NCBI GenBank assembly: GCA_048886185.1 | Contig: JBHLKY010000024.1 | Location: 1 to 32,000, forward strand | From: Candidatus Hermodarchaeota archaeon | GTDB taxonomy: Archaea; Asgardarchaeota; Heimdallarchaeia; Hodarchaeales; Hodarchaeaceae | Length of the DNA stretch: 32,000 bases | Direction of reading: 5' to 3' | Shown: piece after piece, positions 9,722 through 17,909 of the stretch | Layout: each line of letters opens with the position of its first letter | Position numbering within the stretch: the first letter of the stretch is position 1 | Program-made: the position numbers and the translations under genes | The notes under the pieces: generated by a model | Databases searched by the model: none | What the model was told of the DNA's origin: nothing | The model's input: the letters and a program-made list of their open reading frames with translations, nothing else

Positions 9722-9758
9722 TTATATACGTTGCGCAACGTTGCGCAACGTTTATAAA
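9722..9758. promoter_or_regulatory. Perfect 24-bp palindrome (9728-9751) flanked by back-to-back TATA boxes; candidate operator or centromere-like site
   Basis: ACGTTGCGCAACGTTGCGCAACGT is its own reverse complement and consists of 2.4 copies of a 10-mer. The symmetry extends to 9722-9757 with one mismatch. TATATAAG on the minus strand (9728-9721) lies 32-39 nt upstream of ATG 9689; TTTATAAA is on the plus strand at 9751-9758. Confidence 0.8.
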
Positions 9759-10026
9759 TGATATGATCTTTGATTATATTTGATGATATTTGTTGAAAAA
9801 CGTTAATGGATTTGATGATTCGGATTGTTGGGAGGTTTTAGTCTGAAGAAAACAGACATTAAACTAGTTGAATCTAATATTATCATCTTAGAACGTGTAA
9901 GAATAAATTATTCTCTCAATATTCGATGAAAAAGGTATCAAAATTGTAAAGGAGCTAATCTAAAACCAGAAGTTCACCCATAGGACAACTTAAAAACTTT
10001 GAGAACAGATCTTTCCAAAATAAATT

Positions 10027-10941
10027 ATGTTTAAGGATGTTAAAAAAATGAAAAAGAACCTGAATCTTCAATATCTAATTATAATTTTTATTGGCTTTCA
10101 ATTGGTTGTTATGCCAGGAATGGCTCAAAATGACACTGCATTCGTAAACAGTTTCTGGAATACTTTAGGGTTTGGGAAAAATAACGCTATAACTGATTGG
10201 TCAGAAGCAGGAAAAATAGATTTTTCAATATTAGATTATTCAGGTCTTCTTTATCTCAAGAATGATTTTAATTCATTATATATTGGTGTTAGAATTTATA
10301 AGGAAATTACAGAAGACATAATTTGGCGAATTAATTTCGATGTTGATTCGGATGGTGTGTGGGCGGAGGATGCAAAAGTAGTAAAATTAAATGGGGAACC
10401 AGATTTCTCCTATGACGATGAATACTACATTCAAAACCATCCACAGGCTTTTCCAGATCAGCAATCAGATAATTTCGCTGCTTCAATGAGAACTTTTACC
10501 TCGGTTGGTAGAGTAAATACAATCTTTGAATTAAAAATTCCTTTACAAACAAATGACCAACTCCATGATCTTCAAGTCCAGAACCCAGAAACAACTATAA
10601 TTGGCCTTTCAATGGATGTATTTCTCCCAGATACGGATACAAATGGGACATGGAGGGGAGGTCCATATCCAAATTTTGCGAACGCCTCTAATTATATTCA
10701 TATTTTATTTGCAGGGCCTCAGGATAGAAGAATTCCTGTATTTGAGGAAGAAGAAGAACCAGTTCCAACAACACCTCCGCCACAAGAAGAAACAACTGAA
10801 TTTACAGAAACAATGGCCGAGTCAACTGAAACACAGCCCGAAGCAGCAGCCGGAGCTTCATTTGAAGTATGGATAGCTCTTCTGGGGCTTTTTATTACTA
10901 CATTCATATTGATTAGGCACCGTAGGAGGAGAGTAGCTTGA
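10027..10941 (+). CDS. Secreted surface protein with a DOMON/CBM9-like beta-sandwich and C-terminal anchor (start may be ATG 10048)
   Basis: Signal peptide; motifs LYLKNDFNSLYIGVRI, INFDVDSDG and TIFELKIPL typical of CBM9/DOMON-like domains; Pro/Thr/Glu linker; AAAGASFE + TM + RHRRRR. Confidence 0.7.
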   Translation: MFKDVKKMKKNLNLQYLIIIFIGFQLVVMPGMAQNDTAFVNSFWNTLGFGKNNAITDWSEAGKIDFSILDYSGLLYLKNDFNSLYIGVRIYKEITEDIIWRINFDVDSDGVWAEDAKVVKLNGEPDFSYDDEYYIQNHPQAFPDQQSDNFAASMRTFTSVGRVNTIFELKIPLQTNDQLHDLQVQNPETTIIGLSMDVFLPDTDTNGTWRGGPYPNFANASNYIHILFAGPQDRRIPVFEEEEEPVPTTPPPQEETTEFTETMAESTETQPEAAAGASFEVWIALLGLFITTFILIRHRRRRVA

Positions 10942-12632
10942 AAACACGTACTGTCGCTTCAATTATTGTTTTATGTCTAATTTGTGGAACAATTATCCCC
11001 ATCACTTATGCAAAAAGTTTAACCAATGAGAGGCGATATTTCTATGGATTAGTTAATGAACAGGCGAAATATATTGCATCTAAATTTAGTCATAGCCGAG
11101 GCGCTCTTTGCGATCAACCCTCAACATCAATTATCAGCACAATGACGAACTCATTAGCTGCAGCAACACTATTTACTGAATATAATATGGGAGGATCAGA
11201 AAACCTTGAGGATATTGCTCATGGTATTGTTAAAACGAGCTCAGAGTATTTTAGACTTGATTTTCATGCAGACCGAAGGGGATGGGTTTCATCATACGAT
11301 TTCACCAAAGAAGAAGAAAGCTTTGTTAAAAGTCGGAAGTATACTCACGATCAATTTCTGATGATATTAGGACTAGCAAATAGTTATCTTAATTTGAATG
11401 AAGAAGATAAGAAAACTATAGGACCCGATTACTTGGTAGATATTACAGACACTTCAGGATTCATTGAGGAGTATTTTTTAATCCCCAATGAAGGATGGAT
11501 TGACTCTGTTTTTACTTACAATGAAACGAGGTACACACAAAATCGATTCCGGTTAGTTGAGAATATTTGTTGGACTATTTGGGCATCATTAAATTTTCCC
11601 TCTGATTTTGGCTCCCCTTTAACAATAGAAATGATCACCCAGATGATGGACTTTCTAAATGCGAATGGAACATCAAATGGGGCGATATACAATGTATTAA
11701 GCCCAGATGGAAGTTTTACAGATCATATTTTTAAATTACGCACAAATACACTCTATGGCATAATTAATTTGCTTCTCTATGAAAAAGCTAATGATTTAGG
11801 AATCTCTGAAAACTCAAAACGATTCTTAGACCGAGCAGAAGCAATTTTTAACTTTCTCGTTGCTAATCTTTGGGATAGAGGCTTCAAATTATTTTATGAT
11901 GCGGTTGATGAAAATGGTCTGCTATTGGTTCGAGGTAAGAGTCTAATAGGGAATGCTCTTGCTTGTTTATTAGCAAGCCGTTTATGTCGTTATTTTCCAA
12001 CTAATGAAGCGATGAAAAGCATTTACATTCTTTCCGACACTTTCATTGACCGTTATCTCAAATCATCGGATGAGTTCAAGTATTTCATCTCCTGTGATAG
12101 AGATGGGGATCCATTATCAAAACCTCTTACGCTTGATAGCAATCTTATTCGTTTATGGCAGCGAAGCAATACTCTTCATATTGTTAATGGGACTTACATT
12201 GATAAGGTTTCAATTGGTGAAAAGATTCAAATTGATTTGAGTCTAGCTAATCCTGATAACATAACTTATCAAATTTTGGTCACTGGAGACGAAATAATTC
12301 CTTTTAATCTGACAACATCAGATTCTGATCTATCAGTTCTAATAACTCTTAAAAATAATGCCAGAATCGGCAATACTCATATTAATATCAATGTAAAAGT
12401 ACTTAACAAACAAATAGACAAAACTAATCCTTTATTATTAAAAATTGGGTCAGATAGACGCTTACCTCAAGGATTGGTCTACTTGGTCGCTTTAGGTATT
12501 CTTGTATGTCTGGTTGTTTTAGCACGTTATCCCCCCAAGAACATTGAAGATATTCTAGCTCGTTTAGCATCCATTGGTGTTTCTGAAGAACCATCAGATT
12601 CTGACGAACCTGTGGATGAAAATACTTCTTGA
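10938..12632 (+). CDS. Type I membrane protein with a six-hairpin glycosidase-like (AGE/GH76-like) alpha/alpha barrel and an Ig-like domain
   Basis: Signal peptide; KRFLDRAEAIFNFLVANLWDRGFKLFYDAVDENG is typical of (alpha/alpha)6 barrels; beta-rich module; C-terminal TM and acidic tail; TTGA 4-bp overlap with the upstream gene. Confidence 0.7.
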   Translation: MKTRTVASIIVLCLICGTIIPITYAKSLTNERRYFYGLVNEQAKYIASKFSHSRGALCDQPSTSIISTMTNSLAAATLFTEYNMGGSENLEDIAHGIVKTSSEYFRLDFHADRRGWVSSYDFTKEEESFVKSRKYTHDQFLMILGLANSYLNLNEEDKKTIGPDYLVDITDTSGFIEEYFLIPNEGWIDSVFTYNETRYTQNRFRLVENICWTIWASLNFPSDFGSPLTIEMITQMMDFLNANGTSNGAIYNVLSPDGSFTDHIFKLRTNTLYGIINLLLYEKANDLGISENSKRFLDRAEAIFNFLVANLWDRGFKLFYDAVDENGLLLVRGKSLIGNALACLLASRLCRYFPTNEAMKSIYILSDTFIDRYLKSSDEFKYFISCDRDGDPLSKPLTLDSNLIRLWQRSNTLHIVNGTYIDKVSIGEKIQIDLSLANPDNITYQILVTGDEIIPFNLTTSDSDLSVLITLKNNARIGNTHININVKVLNKQIDKTNPLLLKIGSDRRLPQGLVYLVALGILVCLVVLARYPPKNIEDILARLASIGVSEEPSDSDEPVDENTS

Positions 12633-12648
12633 GGCGAGGAAAAACTGA

Positions 12649-15600
12649 ATGGATAGTGACGAATCTTCCCGCAAATGCTCAAAGTGTGGATCTATATTAT
12701 TTCCAAGAGCAAAATTTTGTACACGATGTGGTACAAAAGCTGAAGTAAAGATCCATTGTCCATCTTGTAACAAGGAGCTAGAGGAAGGAACATCTTCTTG
12801 TCCTTTTTGTGGTACCAGCGTCTCAGATTTAAGTTCTGAACTGCCAGATCAAAAAAGGGTGGAAGAAGTACAACAGCCAGTTCAAGAACCATTAGAAGCT
12901 CCCCGAGCTAGAAGACCTACCCAATTTGATTCTACTTTAGATCAGGGGTTAAAATTTTTCACTTCTTTAAGAGATAATTTATCAAATGCCATTGTTGTAC
13001 TTGGTGCGTTCAGTATAATCGCCGCAGTTGCTTTGATCATTATTATTCTATTACCGAAGGATTTTGTATCTGATATTGAAATACCCCCGCTTGAGGGGAT
13101 AATCTTTGATTCATTTGTAATTCTAGGATTATTAGCTCTTGTAGTAAAAGAACTGTTAGTATATCTTGGATATATTCCTAAGAAGGAGACTTTGGATCGA
13201 TGGTTATCACTTGTTCTAATTCTTATTTGTTGGACTAATCTTATCACTTTCAGCATTGGATTAGTTGATACAAGTTTGCTGTATCAACTTGGCTTGAAAG
13301 TTCCTACAATTTTTTTACTTCTCGCCGTAGAAAATTTGTTGATTGGTTTCTTTTATTTTAGACGGTATCAAGAAACTCTCTTTTCTGGGACGTTTATTAT
13401 TGTAATAATGAGTGTCATATATTTATTGCAATGGATAATTCCGATAGAACCAATATTTTATACCACTCTGGTCATATTGACAACATTTGGCATTGTAGGC
13501 ATCTCTCGACTTGTTAAAGACATGATTCTGTTCATTGGTTTAACTATATTACTTCCCCTGATGTTTTTTTCTCCATATTTGTTAAGTAATTCCATTGTGA
13601 TCATAATATTGAGCTTATTAGTCATATTTCCATTTATAGAAGCTTTTTTGGAACGTTCTGTGATTAAAGATTCTGAAGGGAGGGATATTATCATGAAATC
13701 GCTTGGAGAATTCTGCAGCACTTTTGGAATGCTTAATGTTGCTTTTTCTGTTTTTTATGGGCATCTAGACCCCGTTTTTTCTCTCGTTCTGTTGTCAATT
13801 CCAGTCTTAGGTTTTCTAGGATTAAAGATAGGATTCCCAATCTTCAGGAAATTACCATTAAGAGACTTGTCTACAGCGATTTTTTTGGTATTTACATTAG
13901 TCTTTTTTGATTTTGTTGTCAAAAATCTGTTAATATTATTTGGGATCTCTGTTCTTTTAATATTATATACCACTTTCACCTTTCTCGAGTATTCGACGAT
14001 TGAACTCCTTAACTATAGGAGATATTCAGAATTACTGCTTGTAACATCATTAATTGCTATTTCACTGACTAGAATGGAGTTTTTATGGAAAAATGCTTTA
14101 CTAATCATCCCTATGTTCACCTTCCTGATTTATATATACCAAAAGAAACCCATTAATACATTTACAGTTCGTGGTTTCGTATTTGGATCAGAACTACTGA
14201 TTTTAATGGCCTTTCTCCGATCCCCATTTTTTGATTGGCTAATTATTCCAACATTTTCAATTATCTTGATACTAGGATTACTTTTTCTAATTATTTCTTA
14301 TGAAAATAAGTTTCCATATTCATTAAATCTAACAATCTTTTCCTTAATTTTTGAGGCAACGTTACTTGTAATGATGCTATGGACTAAAACTAGTAATGAA
14401 ATGCTTTATCCAGTCTTTCTACTAGTAATTATGGCAATATTAATCTCTTTTATACAATTACTCCAAAAAACATCACCAAATTTTTTCTGGTTGAACTCAA
14501 CATTCATTGTTTGTTTTGGTTTGATGACTTATTGGAATGAATTCGAACCAATTATGACCATCTTGATAACTTCGCTTTTAATACTACCAACACTACTGGT
14601 AATAATTTTATCTAGAGGTATTCAAGATTCTCTTGAAGTAGAAACGATTACTAAGAATCAGAATCTAAACATTTCATTGTCAGCTCTTGGATTGGCCTTA
14701 GTAGTATTTTTTGAAGAATTAGATCCAATCAGTCATAGTTTACTTTTTCTAGTTGGTCCAATTATATGGATGGTTCTTATATTATTTGAAAAACGTAATC
14801 CAAACACCATCTCTGTTTTATCAATACTAACATATCCAGCAATCATATTTATTTGTGAAATGATGCTTAAAGAGACAATTTTTACTCCTATTACCGACAA
14901 CACCTATCTATATCTAACGCTAATTACTTTAGCAATTCCTGCAATTACATTGCAAATTGAACAATTTATTCGAAAGAAAGATCAGACAATAATCAATCCA
15001 TTAATCATTGGAACAGCACTTGTATCGTTAATTCTACTGGTAGCATTCTCTATTTACGAATTTCAACCAATAGAACCCTTAATACTAGTACTAGGCGTAG
15101 TTGTAGCAGTTCTAATTTCAATGCTCTTAATAAAATGGCAATATGAATCCATCATTCTAATTTTAATCTCATTCTTCCCCTCTACTCTTTATGCAGGCTA
15201 TTATGATCTGCCTTCATTCCTCGCATTATATCTAATTCCAATATTTCCAATTCTCTTAAACTTTGTAATGGGACTTAAATTCATGAAGACTGCTCTCTCT
15301 GTCAAGTTACATGAATTTTCATTGTTAGGTTATTTTGTAGTCTTTATTCTCGTTAGTCCGATAAGGATGATTGAATATACAACAGCACTTTTTGCGTTAT
15401 TCCATGTTAGCTGGCTCGTGTTAACAATATTAACAAGAAAACTAGCCCAAAAAATCTTCATTTTAACAAATATGGTAAATTCTATTCTGGTACTAATCCT
15501 TATGGTTCTTATTGACCCTCTTATCCCCGATTCTTTCATCTCAGAGCTTGGATTCACATTTTCCATAAAAACGACATTGATCTGCTTGATTTTAATCATT

Positions 15601-16203
15601 CTTATTTTGGTTATAATCTTTCATATTCTTGGCTGGCAAGTCTCCGAAATTAATGTCGATTTATCGTATTTAATGACTTTTATTCTGATATTCAATAGCT
15701 CAGCATTCGTATTATCAGCTATTCAGCTGATGATTAGACTGACAGAAGTACCTCTTAGCTCTGTCGTATTCGGAATATTACTAGTCTCCACAATTCTACT
15801 GGTAACTTCAATAATCTCTTATAGACACATTGGGAGACTGAAAACGGAGGTTTCACTTGCCTGGATTTTTGCTGCTTCCACATGGGTGATTTTATCATCC
15901 TTTTATTTCGATACCTTTGAACTGGTCTTTTTCTGGCTTATTCTTGCTCCAATAATGGTGTTAGTCTTTCTTGCAACACGGGAAAAAAGTATGATCCTGA
16001 TAGGATTTATTTTTTATCTCATTGCTGGATTAAGGTTAATTGAACATTTTTTTGAATTTTTATTATCTGGAACAGCAGACTGGTTAACAATCTTGGGACT
16101 GATAGTTTTTGGAGTAGAGCTAGTCTCACTGGGTATTTATTCATCTGTTTCTGGGAGAAATAATAATGTTAATGGAATAGTTCAAGAAGTTAAGGAATAT
16201 TAA
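12649..16203 (+). CDS. Very large polytopic membrane protein with an N-terminal double zinc ribbon
   Basis: CSKCG...CTRCG...CPSC...CPFCG at the N-terminus, then ~1070 aa made almost entirely of hydrophobic helices with short loops. Confidence 0.8.
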   Translation: MDSDESSRKCSKCGSILFPRAKFCTRCGTKAEVKIHCPSCNKELEEGTSSCPFCGTSVSDLSSELPDQKRVEEVQQPVQEPLEAPRARRPTQFDSTLDQGLKFFTSLRDNLSNAIVVLGAFSIIAAVALIIIILLPKDFVSDIEIPPLEGIIFDSFVILGLLALVVKELLVYLGYIPKKETLDRWLSLVLILICWTNLITFSIGLVDTSLLYQLGLKVPTIFLLLAVENLLIGFFYFRRYQETLFSGTFIIVIMSVIYLLQWIIPIEPIFYTTLVILTTFGIVGISRLVKDMILFIGLTILLPLMFFSPYLLSNSIVIIILSLLVIFPFIEAFLERSVIKDSEGRDIIMKSLGEFCSTFGMLNVAFSVFYGHLDPVFSLVLLSIPVLGFLGLKIGFPIFRKLPLRDLSTAIFLVFTLVFFDFVVKNLLILFGISVLLILYTTFTFLEYSTIELLNYRRYSELLLVTSLIAISLTRMEFLWKNALLIIPMFTFLIYIYQKKPINTFTVRGFVFGSELLILMAFLRSPFFDWLIIPTFSIILILGLLFLIISYENKFPYSLNLTIFSLIFEATLLVMMLWTKTSNEMLYPVFLLVIMAILISFIQLLQKTSPNFFWLNSTFIVCFGLMTYWNEFEPIMTILITSLLILPTLLVIILSRGIQDSLEVETITKNQNLNISLSALGLALVVFFEELDPISHSLLFLVGPIIWMVLILFEKRNPNTISVLSILTYPAIIFICEMMLKETIFTPITDNTYLYLTLITLAIPAITLQIEQFIRKKDQTIINPLIIGTALVSLILLVAFSIYEFQPIEPLILVLGVVVAVLISMLLIKWQYESIILILISFFPSTLYAGYYDLPSFLALYLIPIFPILLNFVMGLKFMKTALSVKLHEFSLLGYFVVFILVSPIRMIEYTTALFALFHVSWLVLTILTRKLAQKIFILTNMVNSILVLILMVLIDPLIPDSFISELGFTFSIKTTLICLILIILILVIIFHILGWQVSEINVDLSYLMTFILIFNSSAFVLSAIQLMIRLTEVPLSSVVFGILLVSTILLVTSIISYRHIGRLKTEVSLAWIFAASTWVILSSFYFDTFELVFFWLILAPIMVLVFLATREKSMILIGFIFYLIAGLRLIEHFFEFLLSGTADWLTILGLIVFGVELVSLGIYSSVSGRNNNVNGIVQEVKEY

Positions 16204-16207
16204 GCCT

Positions 16208-16253
16208 AGGGGGAGGGAGGGGCTCGCAAAGGAGCTAAAAAAGAAATCTTTTC
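16208..16253. repeat. Dispersed G-rich intergenic element, copy A
   Basis: AGGGGGAGGGAGG-N16-AAAAAAGA-AATC-TTTTC; the same 13-mer and spacing recur at 28588. Confidence 0.6.
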
Positions 16254-16312
16254 GGTTTGTTACACCTTCTTACTTAAGAGATGTCAAGTATTATTGTTGA
16301 TAAAAACTATTT

Positions 16313-17338
16313 TTAAAGGTATAATCTCTCTCTAAGTTGATCTAATCGACTTCGAATTAGATTTAGAACATTGGTTCTGGTAATACTCTTCGTAAATGTA
16401 CTAGCTATTTCAGGGGGACTATTATAACCAATTGTCTGAAATATAGTCCTATAGATTTGGTGAGCGAGTACTGTATCTCCAAGCGAGTATTCAATCCATA
16501 ATGGAATATCAGAGCGTGGGATCGGAACGATAGTATTTCCTTCAAGATCCACTGGGGTCATCCGATAACAATGATAATGGAATACATTTAGGGGGGCGTT
16601 TTCGAGTTGATAGAGAAGACTAGTGAGGCTTTTAGCTACTCCAATTGGATTCCCGTTTGTTCCCTTGATGTAAAAGGGATCATTACTTTCAGAAAAAGCT
16701 TTTGAAGCTATTTCAGTTAATTCTGAATTTGTTTCTTCAAACTGAAGATTCAACTGTTCATTTTCCCCCACAGATCTCTCACTTATAAATGGTGATTTTA
16801 TAATCGGAGTTACTCCAACGTTTTTTTCATCAACAGAAGCGTTATAAAGTTTCAAATCAGTATGAAACTTCATTAATGGCAAAAGATCAACTATATTTGC
16901 AGAGGAATCTTGAAAACAAGCACAGTAAAGTGGAAAGCCATAAGACTCTTTGAAAATTGATGATAATACCCTTTCAAGTTCAAAAATCTGATGTTGATAG
17001 CTTTCTTTTACCATTTGATAATTGAAGACGAAACTCGCCCCCGAATACCTTTCCTTAATTGCAGACCAAATTAATTCACGAAGAGTTTCTTCAAGAATCT
17101 CTTGTCGATCTTTGGTTAAGAGTGAATCAAGTATTTCACTTAAAGAGTGTACAGAATAATCACCTTCTATTTGTAGTAATTCATTCTCAATCTTAGAATT
17201 GGTACTAAAAATGAATATTTTTCGATGTAATTGTAATTGAGATTGTAATAATGCGTTAAGAAGGGGAATTTCGTTAGGAGAGTCGAAAATGACCATGTTA
17301 TGTTTATTTAAATCCTTTAAAACGTTAAATACATTCAA
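16313..17338 (-). CDS. MEDS-like sensory domain fused to a DUF5752-like domain
   Basis: The N-terminal part resembles MEDS (LRELIWSAIKERYSGASFVF...FELERVL...LYCAC...LLPLMKFHT). The C-terminal PFYIKG...GVAKSLTSLLYQLENAPLNVFHYH...SDIPLWIEYSLGDTVLAHQI resembles DUF5752. TTG start. Confidence 0.6.
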   Translation of the reverse strand: MNVFNVLKDLNKHNMVIFDSPNEIPLLNALLQSQLQLHRKIFIFSTNSKIENELLQIEGDYSVHSLSEILDSLLTKDRQEILEETLRELIWSAIKERYSGASFVFNYQMVKESYQHQIFELERVLSSIFKESYGFPLYCACFQDSSANIVDLLPLMKFHTDLKLYNASVDEKNVGVTPIIKSPFISERSVGENEQLNLQFEETNSELTEIASKAFSESNDPFYIKGTNGNPIGVAKSLTSLLYQLENAPLNVFHYHCYRMTPVDLEGNTIVPIPRSDIPLWIEYSLGDTVLAHQIYRTIFQTIGYNSPPEIASTFTKSITRTNVLNLIRSRLDQLRERLYL

Positions 17339-17423
17339 TTAAGGCCCGCTCACTTTGAAAGGAGGTTTCTTCATTATTAACTCTCTAGATCAAGATAGTA
17401 ATTTTATGATAACAGATTTTATA

Positions 17424-17860
17424 TTAACTATTGTTAATTATATTTCTACGAAAAAGGTAAATGAAAAAAATTGCGTTCCAAAGAAATATCGAAGTTAGAT
17501 AGATGAATCCTATATTTGATAACATTTCCCCACTAAAATGATGAAAATACCAGTTTACATATTGCCAATCAAATTCATTATTATCCAAAATAAAAATGGC
17601 CCGCTTAGAGCCTTTTACCTGAATGATCCAATTTCGGAACTTCTCCATTACTGCTTTATGATCATTGAAGGATAAGGTCTCCTTCCGAGTCAAATGGGAA
17701 ATACTAAGTGCCTCAGGAAGATATTTTTCCGAAATCGGTTTCAACTTCCCTTCAAAAAATCATGAAGTTCAAGTCGCACAACAACTGCTCCTAACCATAC
17801 AATTGAGTAATCTCCTGGTATCGGCCCATCAGATTCGATATCTATTGAAAAATATGTCAT
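17424..17860 (-). pseudogene. Frameshifted, 3'-truncated DEDDh 3'-5' exoribonuclease (Rv2179c-like family)
   Basis: ATG 17860 gives MTYFSIDIESDGPIPGDYSIVWLGAVVV (ExoI DxE motif). A -1 shift at the T6 run (17754-17759) continues FEGKLKPISEKYLPEAL...ILDNNEFDWQYVNWYFHHF. Similarity appears to end near 17526. Confidence 0.8.
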
Positions 17861-17909
17861 TCTAACTCACGTTTTTCAATTACCATGATATTCGGTCTAA
17901 CCAATTATT

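Noticed and set aside
9731-9748. TTGCGCAA equals the eukaryotic C/EBP (bZIP) consensus; the tandem could also be read as a mini-CRISPR
   Set aside because: No bZIP protein is present and the match is likely coincidental; there are no spacers or cas genes, so it is not CRISPR.
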